A stretch of 24,606 bases of DNA from an uncultured Candidatus Altimarinota bacterium (GCA_938015605.1 CALLPO010000043.1:1-24606); one strand, 5' to 3'. Shown: positions 1-13,489, counted from the stretch's first letter. Made by a program: numbers and translations. The notes: a model not told the origin generated them from the sequence alone.

Positions 1-123
1 TGTTTCTTTCCAATTTTCTGGAACAGTTCCAAGAATTACCAGTTGAAAAAATAGTATTACTGCAACTATTGGTATTAAATCTCTAAAAGATTCTCTCAGA
101 AATTTTAAAAACATTTTAATCAT
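1..123 (-). CDS. DUF1538-like membrane protein, N-terminal part (runs off window start)
   Basis: ATG at 123 with AAGGAG upstream. MIKMFLKFLRESFRDLIPIVAVILFFQLVILGTVPENWKET resembles the 'S.RDL.PI..VI.FFQ' start of DUF1538 proteins. Only 41 codons are visible. Confidence 0.6.
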   Translation of the reverse strand, partial: MIKMFLKFLRESFRDLIPIVAVILFFQLVILGTVPENWKET

Positions 124-167
124 TTTCTCCTTTTTTATTAAATAAAAAATATAAATATATTGGGGTA

Positions 168-551
168 TTAATTGTTTTCAACTTTTACATCCATTAATCA
201 TAGAAGTCTATCTTCCCATATTGGTTTTTGTATTTGAATTGATGGGTCTTCTATTGCTCAATTCAAAAGTGATAAAACATGTCATATAATAATGTGAGAT
301 TCTCAATAATTTTGTTCTTGTATAGATTTTCTGTAATTTTTATTATAAAATTTCATTGTAATCTTATTATGAATATCTACAGGAATCCCTTTGTTTTTCC
401 AGTCTATTCATTCTTTCATAGCACCTTTCTGTATAAGTACTGCTAATTTATCATTCATTTCTCTTAATATTTTACTTGTTTCTGGATTGCTATCATCCCA
501 ATTTGCTGCACTTTCTGGTAAGCTTGAATCTATTTGTGGAATAGCACTCAT
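168..551 (-). CDS. Hypothetical protein, 127 aa (MSAIPQIDSSLPESAANWDD...MDVKVENN)
   Basis: Open ATG-TAA in code 25 with 5 in-frame TGA. Fills the gap between neighbours. No motif recognised. Confidence 0.7.
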
Positions 552-702
552 ATTTTTTATTAAATTGTAATATATTTATAATTTAATTTTATCATTTATT
601 TTCTATATTTCAAAATATTCTTTCACATTTAATTTGAATTAAATACTAAAAACAGTATAAAATATAAAGATATTTTATATGAAGATAATTTACATAAACA
701 TT

Positions 703-2829
703 ATGAATAAAGTAAAATTGCTAGTAATTATTTTTATTGTATCAATAATTACTGGGTGTAGTGATAAATCTTGAACAAATACTATTTCAAGTGAAGATAA
801 TATTAGTGACAAATTAGTTGTAAATAATAGTATTTTTGAGGAGTCTAAAAATACTATTACAGATGGCAATAATATAGATGATGACAAAAAAATAGAAGAT
901 AATAAAAAAACTGTATTAATAGATACTGATTGATGGAATCCAGTATCTAATTTTTCATGAAGTGTAGATAATGTATTTTATGATGAGGGAGACTTTGGAA
1001 CTGGAAGTTCTGATTTAGCTACTGATGTTGGTGAATATACTTCAGTGAGTAATTATCTTGAAGGAAGTTCTTGATCACTAGATGAACAAGCTGCAAAAAA
1101 TAAAATTGAATCTAAAGTAATGCTTGTATTAGATGTATCAGGAAGTATGGCTGGTCAAATTGGATGAGAAACAAAAATCACTACGGCTCGTAGTGTGGTC
1201 AAAAAAGTAACCCAAGATTATGATGAAACTACTCAGATTGGATTAATGGCTTATGGACATAATAGAACAGGTGATTGTTCTGATATAGAAACACTAGTAT
1301 TTCCTGCAAAAAATAATGCATCAAAAATTGCATGAGTGGTTGATTGATTAACACCAACTTGAATGACTCCAATGTGAGCATCTGTACAAAAAGCTGCTGA
1401 GCAAATGAAATATAGTGAAGAAAAAACAAGTATTGTATTGGTGACTGATGGAATTGAAACATGTGATGTAAATATATGTGAACTCTGAAAAAAACTTGAG
1501 AAAGAAGGGATTGATTTTACAGCACACGTAATTAGTTTTTGAGTAGATGAAAAGGACACAAAAAATATGCAATGTTTAGCTGAATCTACTGGTGGGAAGT
1601 ATTTAACTGCAGATAATGCAGAAACACTTTGAGATGCTCTTGGAGAAGCAGTATCTTCTTCTACTTGTAAAAGTTCTGAGGATACTAAAATTAATCTATT
1701 ATTCCCTGAAACGGTTATTTCAGGTGATATAGTAAGAGTGAAATTTGAACTAGAAGGATGAAACCAGTATGATAAAATTTGATTTATTGGTGAATGAGAA
1801 GATGTAAAAATTACAGATTATATATATCCAAAAAACTTTATTCAAAGAAAATGAGAAGCTTATACTTATGCTAACATAGATATACCTGAAGTTTCATGAG
1901 AATATTCATTTGTATATGAAAATGAATGCTGAGAAACAATTGTAGAAAAAAAAGTTGTAGTTGAAGAAGCTTGAGTTGTAGTCTATGCTCCAAAAACAAT
2001 GGTAGCATGATCTCAACAAAAAGTAAGATGGAATAGAAACACTAATGCTAAATATGACAAAATTGGTTTTTATGTATGATGAGAAGAACCAAAAGTTTTG
2101 AATCCAATATATCCTTCATCTACACTTTTAAGAAAGTGAGAAACAAAATTTAGGACTACTATTGATGTGCCTGAAATCCCAGGGGAGTATGAATTAGTAT
2201 ATCAAACAGATGAAGAAAAAGAGATTCTCTTTAGACAAACCATACAAGTTGAATTACCAAGAATTGTACTCTATGCTCCAGATACAATGGTAGCTTGATC
2301 GGATCAAAAAATTAGATGGAATAGAAATACAAATGCTAAATATGAACAGTTTTGATTCTACACATGATGAGAAGAACCTAAGATTATCAATCCTCTATAT
2401 CCATCAAGTACAAACCTTGTAAAATGAGAAACAAAATTCAGAGCATATATCGAAGTTCCAGATACTCCTGGTGAATATGAATTAGTCTATCAGACACTTA
2501 CTCAAAAAGATATACTTTTACGTAAAAAAGTAACAATAACTAAACCTCAGATCTCTCTTGATTTTGATAAAAAAATAAAAGTTGGTGAGAAATTGAAGGT
2601 AACAGGAACAAGAGATACAAATTGAAAATATGATCAAATATGATTTTATACATGATGAGATGAACCTAAATTACTTAACAGTATGTATATGAATTCATGA
2701 ATAGGAGAATGGTCTGATATAAAAATTTCTCTTGATACTCCGTCAGAACCTGGTACATATAAAATTGTGTACAGATCTAAACAAGACAAAAATATTTTAT
2801 TTAGTTGAGAAATTGAAGTAATTCAATAA
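703..2829 (+). CDS. Lipoprotein with von Willebrand factor A domain and four C-terminal Ig-like repeats, 708 aa
   Basis: Lipobox IITG-C after MNKVK plus a hydrophobic stretch. MIDAS motif LVLDVSGSM, then LMAYGH, GMTPMG, LVTDGIETC, CLAESTGGKY. Four ~96-aa repeats follow. Alternative in-frame ATG at 679. Confidence 0.9.
1978..2553 (+). repeat. Two closely related 288-bp (96-aa) tandem Ig-like units, with more diverged copies on each side (~1690-1977, ~2554-2826)
   Basis: TATGCTCCA at 1984 and 2272, exactly 288 nt apart. Shared YAP.TMVAGS.QK.RWNRNTNAKY...GFY.GGEEPK and PGEYELVYQT. Confidence 0.85.
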
Positions 2830-2865
2830 AATCTATACTAATATTATTATCAAACAAAAAACTCC

Positions 2866-4542
<1,677 letters not shown>

Positions 4543-4564
4543 ATTAATTTTATTACAAAAAAAT

Positions 4565-5059
4565 ATGAATAGTTTATATTTAGCTTATACTTGATTCAAT
4601 TGAGACTGAAAAATAGCAGAAGATCATGAGATACTTTTTATATATTGAAAAGATGAAGAGGATGTAATGATTAAACTTATGAAACAATCTAAACTTCCTG
4701 AATGATTTCACCTAGATTTTCTATTAAAATATTCTGTGATTGATGGTTATGAAATACAAATCAAAAATACAGTGCAAACAAGTAAGAAAGAGAAGTTATA
4801 TTTTGGTTATATGTGAGCAGAGGCTGAATGAAGGTTTATTGAAGATCATGAACTTTTATTTGTAGTTTCTGAAAATGAAGATGATGTAAAAGCTCAATTA
4901 AAAGATAAAACTAAGCTTTGAATTGATCCACATGTTGATTATAAGCAACAAATAGTAGAAATTGATTGAAAGTACATACATTTAAAAAAAAATTGATGAA
5001 ATGATAAAATTAAAAAAGTGCTTTGATATACAATATTTGAAGAATATTTTAATTCATAA
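4565..5059 (+). CDS. DUF1543-like protein with two internal repeats, 164 aa
   Basis: Code-25 ORF with two similar halves (LYLAYTG...AEDHEILFIYGKDEEDV; LYFGYMGAE...EDHELLFVVSENEDDV...HVD...IDG). This matches my recollection of the DUF1543 pattern. Confidence 0.65.
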
Positions 5060-5073
5060 TTAAGTGTAAAAAT

Positions 5074-5256
5074 ATGGAGATTGAATTCATTAAATATTTA
5101 GCTTTTATTTTCACTATGGTACTATCTATGTGATTATTGTCTTTGTGGTTAAAATCTAACAAGATTAAAAGAAAACAAAAAGAGCATGAAGATCAGGAAC
5201 TAGAAATACAAAAAGAAAAATATAGACAAGCAGTGAAAGAAAAACAAAACAAATAA
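5074..5256 (+). CDS. Small single-pass membrane protein, 60 aa
   Basis: MEIEFIKYLAFIFTMVLSMGLLSLWLK followed by a Lys/Glu-rich tail. 14-nt and 22-nt gaps to neighbours. Confidence 0.7.
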
Positions 5257-5278
5257 TTAAATATAATAACGGAGTTAT

Positions 5279-5935
5279 ATGAAAAAAACAAAAACAGAGT
5301 TAAGAATAATGTGAATTAAATCAATGTTACTTATTTTTGTACCATTGATGTTAATCTTATATATTCCATATTTATTATTCATTATTATTTACCTCCTAGT
5401 AACTAAAAAATTAAATATTAATAAGTACATGAATACTTTTTGATTAGTCGATTATTGGGAAGAAAATTGATTTCATACAGGTGATATTAATCTTAAACCT
5501 AAAGACATAACACCAACTTCTACTATTAATAAGATTACAGAAGTATTACAAAAAGAAAAGTTAGAGAAGATGAATAATTATGAAGAAGACAGATATAATA
5601 CACCTACAGAACAAGAAGAAGTAATAGTTGAAGATTATCCAAATATATTTGAGCAATCAACTACTAATGAAGTTTTTCAAGAAGAAGATAAATCAAATAG
5701 TGATTCTTTCAATGATTTTATTATAATCAATGAAGAAGAGTCTACTAGAAATGAAATTACTGATAACAGTTTGAAAAAAGAAGAGGTTACTGAAATTTCA
5801 AAAGATGAATTAACTGAAAAACCTAAAGCTGTAACAAAGAAAAGTAATTTCTTTGAAAAAAAGAAATCAAAACTGTTTGATAACTCTGAAAGTTCTAAAC
5901 TAAAAAGTAGTGGAAGTAATAATTTTTTAAAATAG
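5279..5935 (+). CDS. Membrane-anchored hypothetical protein with acidic low-complexity C-terminal region, 218 aa
   Basis: GGAG upstream of ATG. Hydrophobic segment MLLIFVPLMLILYIPYLLFIIIYLLV. In frame with the supplied 5570-5935 fragment. Confidence 0.8.
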
Positions 5936-5942
5936 ATTGTAA

Positions 5943-6866
5943 ATGTTAGCTAGAAGATTAAAAAAATGAGACACTATTTGAATTACAGCCCCATCAAATC
6001 CTTTATCAGTAAAAGATAAACAATATTTGGACAATTTCATTATTAAAATGAATGAATATTGATTAGCAGTTGTAGTATGTAAAAGTATTTATACAAATAT
6101 CTGACATGAATCAAGATATACAGATTATAAAGAGAGAACAGATGATTTGAATAAGATGTTTTTAAATGACTCAATTGATGCCATCTGGTTTCTACAATGA
6201 GGTGATACAGCAAATGGAATGTTAAATTATATTGATTATGACTTAATAATAAAAAATCCTAAAATACTATTATGAAAGAGTGATATTGATGTATTACTAC
6301 TTGCAATTAACTCTATGACTTGATTAGTTAGTTTTCATTGATGTGATGCTAAGCTATGAGACAATAAGGAATTTTGATTAGAATACACACAAAAATGGTT
6401 TAATAAGCGATTATTACATTGAAATAAAACTTTTGTTGCTAGTTGAGAGGAATGGAGTACAATTGTTCCTTGAATGTGTGAAGGTAGGATTTTAGGTTGT
6501 AATATAACCTCTCTACTTGAATTAGCAGGTACTATATATTTTCCAGATTTTACTAATGCAATACTTTTTATTGAAACCTACAAAACTCTTGATTCACTTC
6601 TAATAATGAAACTTAATCACTTAGAACAATTGTGAGTTTTTACTAAAATCAACGGAATTGTTATAGGTAGTAATTTTTGATATGAAAGTAATAAATTCAC
6701 TCCAGAGTGAATAATTAAAAGCTTTGCTGAGAAATATTCACTTCCAACCCTAAAGACTAATGAATTTTGACATTATCAACCGCATGCTTTTATACCTATA
6801 TGATCTAAAATAAAACTGAATTCTACTAATAAGACAATAGAAATTATAGAAGATTTTATAAAATAA
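5943..6866 (+). CDS. Peptidase S66 family LD-carboxypeptidase (LdcA/MccF-like), 307 aa
   Basis: LKKGDTIGITAPS, QGGD, LLGKSDID (Ser nucleophile), EGRILGCN, LFIET (Glu), FGHYQP (His), IPIG. Confidence 0.9.
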
Positions 6867-6876
6867 TAAACAGAAT

Positions 6877-7227
6877 ATGTACACTTATCTACACAATCCA
6901 AGATGCTCTAAATCAAGAACTGGATTAAAAAATATGAAAGAAGGAAAGAGAAAATATGAATTAAGAGCATATCTAATAAATCCACTTGATTATGATGATT
7001 TAGTTGATTTACAAAAAAAATTAAATATACCAGCAATTGAATTTACAAGAACTTGAGAGAAAGAATTTTCTCAAGCATGACTTACAAAAGACTCAAGTGA
7101 TGATGAGATTTTAAAAGCTATGGCTAAATTTCCAAAACTTATGGAAAGACCAATTGTGTATGATGAAAGATGAGCAGTCATTGGAAGACCCGAGGAGAAT
7201 ATAATTAATTTTATTAAAAAGAAATAA
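6877..7227 (+). CDS. arsC: ArsC-family (glutaredoxin-type) arsenate reductase, 116 aa
   Basis: HNPRCSKSR, then PKLMERPIV and IGRPEE. Confidence 0.88.
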
Positions 7228-7517
7228 TGAAAAAAATAATAGTTAAAGATTCTAGTTGAAAAATTATTAAAGAACTAGATCAAAATATCAATAAAACACT
7301 TATTAAGCAACTTACAGATGAGTGAGTTGAAGTTATGTCAGCTTGTCATCATTGAATCTGTTGAGCATGTATTTATTGAATAGAGCAATGAGTTGAAAAT
7401 ATCAATAAAAGCTTTAAAGGTGAACCTTGATTCCCACTGTGAGATGAAGAAGTTATGACTTGTATTGCATGAGTAAATTGAAAAAACAATGATATTGTAT
7501 TAGTATCTAATACTTAA
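7227..7517 (+). CDS. [2Fe-2S] ferredoxin, 96 aa
   Basis: SACHHGICGAC...MTCIA, i.e. Cx4Cx2C...C, with both motif Gly encoded by TGA. Start overlaps the arsC stop (TAATG). Confidence 0.9.
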
Positions 7518-7530
7518 TACTCTGCTATAG

Positions 7531-7571
7531 AAATAAATGTACAATTTAAATTTTGTACATTTATTTTTTTT
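7531..7571 (+). terminator. Intrinsic terminator-like inverted repeat closing the metG...ferredoxin run
   Basis: Perfect 14-bp arms AAATAAATGTACAA (7531-7544) and TTGTACATTTATTT (7553-7566), 8-nt loop, T run to 7571. Confidence 0.7.
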
Positions 7572-7612
7572 GTTATACTGTGTATAAATAAATGTACACG
7601 TATCTTGTACAT
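7571..7612 (+). promoter_or_regulatory. Extended -10 element plus downstream palindrome (possible operator) for the TSP3/DUF2339 operon
   Basis: TGTTATACT at 7571-7579. ATGTACA-N7-TGTACAT at 7592-7612. Confidence 0.45.
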
Positions 7613-7641
7613 AAAAACTTATTTATTAGAGACCAAGCAAT

Positions 7642-9465
7642 ATGAAAAAAATTATATTTACACTTATCATGATATTACTTACAAGTAATAGTTCATTTGC
7701 TAGATGATTGTATGAGAAAGAACTTCCATCTAAATTTAAAAAAGAATGTTTTGAATATTCTTCAAGTTATAACTTCTTAAAAAAAGATGAAGCTAAATAT
7801 AAGGTTGAATTAAATAAGACTTGAACAGTTGCTGTCAAAGATTGATACTTAATTCCTATTATTCCATATAAAATAGTTGGAGAAAATTATAACTACACTT
7901 CTGACTTATTTCCTACAGTTTCATATTTTAATGATAATAATGAAGCTACATTTAATGAATTAGATACAGAAAAGAACACAGAACTTTTAATTGCATTCGA
8001 TTCTCTTTTAAAAAGAAATACATTTGGTTTGAATTTTAAACATACTGCTGAATGATATGCTCCTGAACTATTTATATCTGAGGATTGATCAAAATTTTCT
8101 CCTGTAACATTTTCAAGTTTATACGACTTTGATATTAAGTTTCTTAAAATTGCATTTACAAAAAAATCTGAATGATCAAAGAGAGAGAAAATTAAAATAA
8201 CAGAGCTTAGTTTTGTGAAAGAGCATAATATAAATATTATGAGAGTTTCTGGCTGAGGAAGAATTGATTTTTATAATAGCTATACATGTGATGATTATGT
8301 AAACTTAAATACTATTCATGTTCCTTTTGAAATTGATATTAATACACCAACAGTTAAGATAGAGTTAAAAGAGAATATTGATTACAATCCTAATATTGAT
8401 ACAGATGCTGATGCAGATAATATTCAAGATTATCAAGATAACTGTATTGAAACTTTTAATCCATTGCAAACAGATTCTGATGCTGATGGTAAATGAGATA
8501 AGTGTAGTGATATAGATAATGACTGAGTTGTCGGAAGTAAAGATAACTGCCCAACTATAGCTAATCCCGATCAGCTTGATATTAATTTAAATAATATCTG
8601 AGATGTTTGTGAATTTGATAAAGATCAAGATTGAATATTTGATTCAGTTGATAATTGTATAAATACTCCAAATCAATTACAAAAAGATACAGATCATGAT
8701 TGAATTTGAAATTTGTGTGATAATTGTAAAATTTTCAATCCAAATCAAGAAGATTTAGATTGAAATAATATTTGAGATGTTTGTGATGAGGAAAAAAGAA
8801 TTTTTGCAGCAAATGATGATGATGTTGATGGTATAATTAATTGAGAAGATAATTGTCCACTTATTGTGAATGCATGACAAGAAGATTTTGATAAAGATTG
8901 AGTAGGTGATCTTTGTGATAACTGTAAAGAAATTCAAAATACTAATCAATATGATTTTAATAAGAATAATGTTTGAGATATTTGTGAAGACTCAGATGGA
9001 GATTGAATAAATTGAATGGAAGATAACTGTATGAATGTTGTTAATAAGGACCAAAAAGATTCAGATAATAATGGTATTTGAGATGTATGTGAAGATAAAG
9101 ACCATGATAGAATATGGTTTGCTGCAGATAACTGTCCTTCAGTATATAATCCTATGCAAAAAGATGTGGATGAAGATGGTATTTGAAATGCATGTGATAA
9201 AGATGATGGTAGGACTTTAGAGTCTAATAAAAATTTCTTTGTCTTAATAATAGTAGTACTTATTGCTTTGTTTTGTATAGCAATATATGTAATGATCAAA
9301 AAAGTTAATTCAGGTGAGACTGAAGATTCAAAGTTTAAGAAAAAAACAATTAAAAAGCCTAAAAAAAATAATACCAAGAAAAGTTCAAAGAAAAAATCTG
9401 ATGTAGCTTGAAATGAATTATTTGAAAGCTACACTGCTAGAAAAAGAAATGAGGACAATAAATAG
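7642..9465 (+). CDS. Surface protein with thrombospondin type-3 Ca-binding repeats, 607 aa
   Basis: Signal peptide MKKIIFTLIMILLTSNSSFA. Eight DNC..N..Q.D.D.(D/N)G.G(D/N).C units. TM helix FFVLIIVVLIALFCIAIYVMI, then a Lys-rich tail. Confidence 0.9.
8398..9204 (+). repeat. Thrombospondin type-3 repeat array (8 DNC...C units, 16 Cys)
   Basis: Direct translation, e.g. DIDNDGVVGSKDNCPTIANPDQLDINLNNIGDVC. Confidence 0.9.
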
Positions 9466-9507
9466 TCGTAATTAGGTTTTAAAATATTATATCTCTAAAA
9501 TATTATT

Positions 9508-12500
9508 ATGTTTAAACTTCTTAATAGAATTGCTTGGGTATTATCATTAGCTTTAGCTTTTCCTATATTTAGTATGTTCTGGGGAATGTTTTGATGATAT
9601 GGACTTTCTATATTATGGTGAGTTGTTCCATTAACTTTTATTATTAAGAAATTTATTTTATCTGAAGATTTTATTACTACACGACTAGAGTATTTTCAAT
9701 CTAAATTAATAGAAAACATTTGAGAAATTAAGAGTATTTCTATAAAAGAAAAAGAGTCTATAGAAGAAATAGATGATATTGTAACAACATTTAAAACAGA
9801 GTCTATCCAAGATTCTATTGAGACTAAAGAAAAAGAATATAATAGTATTACTCAAATGTGAGACAATTGAGTTGAAGTTATAGATACTCCTCAATATGAA
9901 GAAGTTTCGGATGAACAATTACATTATAATTTAGCAAAACAAGAAGCAAAAATTGAAAAAGTCGATGACACTCCATGAATATTAGATATCTATTTAGAAC
10001 AAGCATCAGACTATATTAAAGAATTCTTTGCTACTAATACGCTAGCTAAGATTTGAGCTATTCTTATATTTTTAGCAGTTGTATTCTTTTTAAGAGGAAT
10101 TGCTGAAACATTCTGGGAAGTTATTTGACCTGTTGGAAGATTATTGATTGGTTTTGTGATTGCTTTTACTGTCTTTTGAGTATGAAGTTTCTTACATGCC
10201 AGATGAAATAAAAATGAGGGTTTAATACTTATAGGTTTATCTATCCTTATTAACTATTGAGTAATACTTAGTGGTAGATACCTTATTTGAGAAAGTAGTT
10301 TATGAGAAGATTGATTTCTTACAGAGGGTATAACTTTCTTACTACTAATATTAAATACTGTTTTTTGAGTTGTTACATCACTTGTTTACCAATCTAGAAC
10401 ACTTCTTATTTTCTCTTTTATCTTTGCATACATCAATCCATTTATCATTTGAGCAAATAGTTCAGGTACTCCTTACACACTTATTTGATATTCACTTATT
10501 GTTTCATTGTGAGGTTTATTCTTAGCTCAAAATTGATCCACCAAATCATTAGTTCAGCATGAAATTAATGAACATAATTATAATATTCTTTTGTATATTA
10601 CTTTTATTTTAGGAAGTTTACTTATTCTTGTTGCACCATTCACAACAAATATTGATTGGATAGCTAAAATTATTTCAAGTGTAGTATTAAGTATTGTTAC
10701 TATTTATACTTTCTGGAATGCTAAATTGGATAAGTCATCTAGACTTAACCTAGGAGTTACAGGATTATTTATTATTGCATATGTCTTTATTGTACTATTA
10801 CTAATGTCTTGATGATCACATCAATGAATTCTTGATACAAGTTCATCATTTATTGTTTATACATTAATTTTATTAGGTTTTTTCTGATTTACAAGTGTGT
10901 TGTTTAAAAATGATAGTTCAAATCCAATTCTACAATTCTTATTATTCATCCCATTACTTATATGTTTAGGTTTAATTCTTAGTGGACATGCATTTTCAGT
11001 TATATGATTATTAATAGTAGTCTTAGGACTCTATTTGATAAGTTTTTGAACACTTCAAAAACACTTTTCAACAGTATTATCATATGCTTACTTTATTTTA
11101 ATTGGTGTATTTATCCTTGTTGCGGATATTAGTCTTGTTGTTGAATCAAGTGCCCATGAAATGTCTGTTTTCCTTACAGTTCTATCTGTTAGTTTTATAT
11201 TCTTGTTTACTACTTATTATTATTCTCTTCAAAATTACCTTTCGCACTTATATAGTATTTGAACAGTATTTGCTATATTACTTTTAGCTCCAATTATGGT
11301 TGTTGTTTCTTCAATAAATTGATTAAAGACTTGAGATATTATTCAGTCATGATTGGTAACAACATCACTTCATGTAAATTTATCTATAGCAAGTATTGTT
11401 TTATTTGCTTTAGCTAATTGGATTTTACCATTTATAAACAAGAACCTTCTTAATAATACTAAAAATATTACTAATCTTGTTGTTTGAAGCCTAGCTTGAG
11501 TTTTATTTATAGCGTATGAACTTTATAATTTTTGAAATGCATACTTTCCTTGAGTTGCACAATGAATTGCTTTCTTGAGTTTGGCAGTTATTTATTTTGT
11601 ACAGAGTTTCCTTGTTGTTCAAAAAATATGAAATCTTCAATCTATCACTTCAGATTCTAGCGACAATAATGCTTCTCTAAAAAATGTTTTTTATACCTAT
11701 GCTTGAATTAGTTTATCACTTTTCTCACTGGCAATAGCATTTCTATTTTCTAAATACCCTGAAATAATATCTACTGTATGGTTGTTTGAAGCTACAATCT
11801 TGTATTATTTCTATTCACAAACAAAACAGTGGAAAATTTTAACTGCTTGAAATGTATTATTTGTAATTTGAATTCTTAAACTGTGATTTCTTGTAGATAT
11901 TGTTGATAGTTGAGATTATAAATTTTTAGTGAGTTTCTCAATAATTGCAGCAAGTTTACTTCTAAATGTTTGGTTTATAGATAAGCTTAAAGATATTACA
12001 TGAAAAACTATTCATTATGTGTTTCATGTTATTTGAATAGGGATTCTTGGGTTACTATTATCACAAATTATTGTGAGTAGCTGACATGGTTGGAGTAGTT
12101 TCTGAATAAGTATATTTTTGACTGCAATTTGAGTAGTATATTCTCTACTAAAAACTGATTTTTTAAAATGATTTTTTATTTTTCTTCTCATTTGATTTAG
12201 TGTTTTCCATATAGCATCAATAGAGTTCATTTTTAATAAACTTGAAAGGGATGATATTAGTTACTTCAAAGCTCTACAATATATAGTTACCACTATTGTT
12301 ATTTCTAATTATTTCATCTGGAATAGGAAAATTAACACACACTATAAAAAAATTATTATATCTATAATAGGGGTCTATACTTTCATTATTTCTAATATTT
12401 ATATTCTAGATATCTTTGGTGATATTTTTGGTCATTTTTCTCTTACAATTTACTGGTGAATAATTGCTTCTGTTCTCTTATTCTATTGAATAGCTAATGA

Positions 12501-13260
12501 TATGGTTAAACTTAGAACTATTGGTTTATATTTTATTATTCTAACCTCAGTTAAGATATTTGGTTTTGATGTTTGGCAATTAGACAACACGAGTTCAAGA
12601 GTTGTTGCTTTGATGTGACTAGGAATACTCTTTATTGCTATATCAACACTCTATACAAAAAAGTATTGAAACAACATCCTGAATGAATTAAGTCCTGATA
12701 ATTTAAAAGATGATGATGAAGATATTCAAGATCACAAAGTATTGTTAGATACTGATTCTGACAATAATTCTAGTGATAATACTATTAATACTAAAACTGA
12801 TAACACTGATAAAATAATTAGTAACAAAAAAACTAATAAAACTGTAGTTAAAAAAGAAAAAAACAAACAAGAAAAATCATCAAAAAAGAAAGAAAAAAAA
12901 TCAGATAACTCAGTCACTAGTAATTCGAATGAACAATTACATTCTAACCAAGAAGAGTTTTCAAATGACTTCATGAAAAAACTTTCTAAAGTAAACGTTG
13001 ATGATATTAAGGTTGTACGTTTCTTCCCAAAAAATCTAGATAACTTTACTATTAGAGCAAAGAATCTAATGAGAGTTTCTAAACTTGTAATTAAACAAAC
13101 TTGAAAGAATTCATTTGCAGCCTGAGAGCTAGAATGAATCTATAATTATGTTATAAAAAATTATAAATCTAAACTTTCTAGAAGAGAGTTTGATAAACTC
13201 AGAACTACACTCAAAGATTTTATTGATGATGGTTGAGAAGTTGAAATTATAAAAAAATAA
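9508..13260 (+). CDS. DUF2339-family polytopic membrane protein, 1250 aa
   Basis: One code-25 ORF that joins the supplied fragments 10591-10812 and 12742-13104. Family-like NTLAKIGAILIFLAVVFFL...IGPVGRLLIG and LRTIGLYFIILTSVKIFGFDVWQL...RVVALMGLGILFIAISTLY. Many hydrophobic helices. Confidence 0.85.
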
Positions 13261-13284
13261 TTCCTGTGAGGGAATTATTTTTTT
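13251..13284. terminator. Bidirectional intrinsic terminator
   Basis: AAAAAAATAATTCC-TGTGAG-GGAATTATTTTTTT between convergent genes. Confidence 0.85.
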
Positions 13285-13285
13285 A

Positions 13286-13423
13286 TTACACTATATTTTC
13301 AACATTGCTTTTAGTTATCCTTTGTTCTGCATCTACTTTCTCTTTTAACGCTAACATTCAATCAAAGTTGTAAGAACCATCTGGATTTACAGTGCCATTT
13401 TCTAAATCATTTGAATAAGACAT
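13286..13423 (-). CDS. Small hypothetical protein, 45 aa (MSYSNDLENGTVNPDGSYNFDGMLALKEKVDAEQRITKSNVENIV)
   Basis: ATG-TAA in code 25. Ends right at the terminator. Protein-like composition. Confidence 0.5.
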
Positions 13424-13489
13424 ATTTTTATGCTTAAGAAATATTATAAAATTAATATATGAAAACGATATGTATTTGCAAACATTTTT

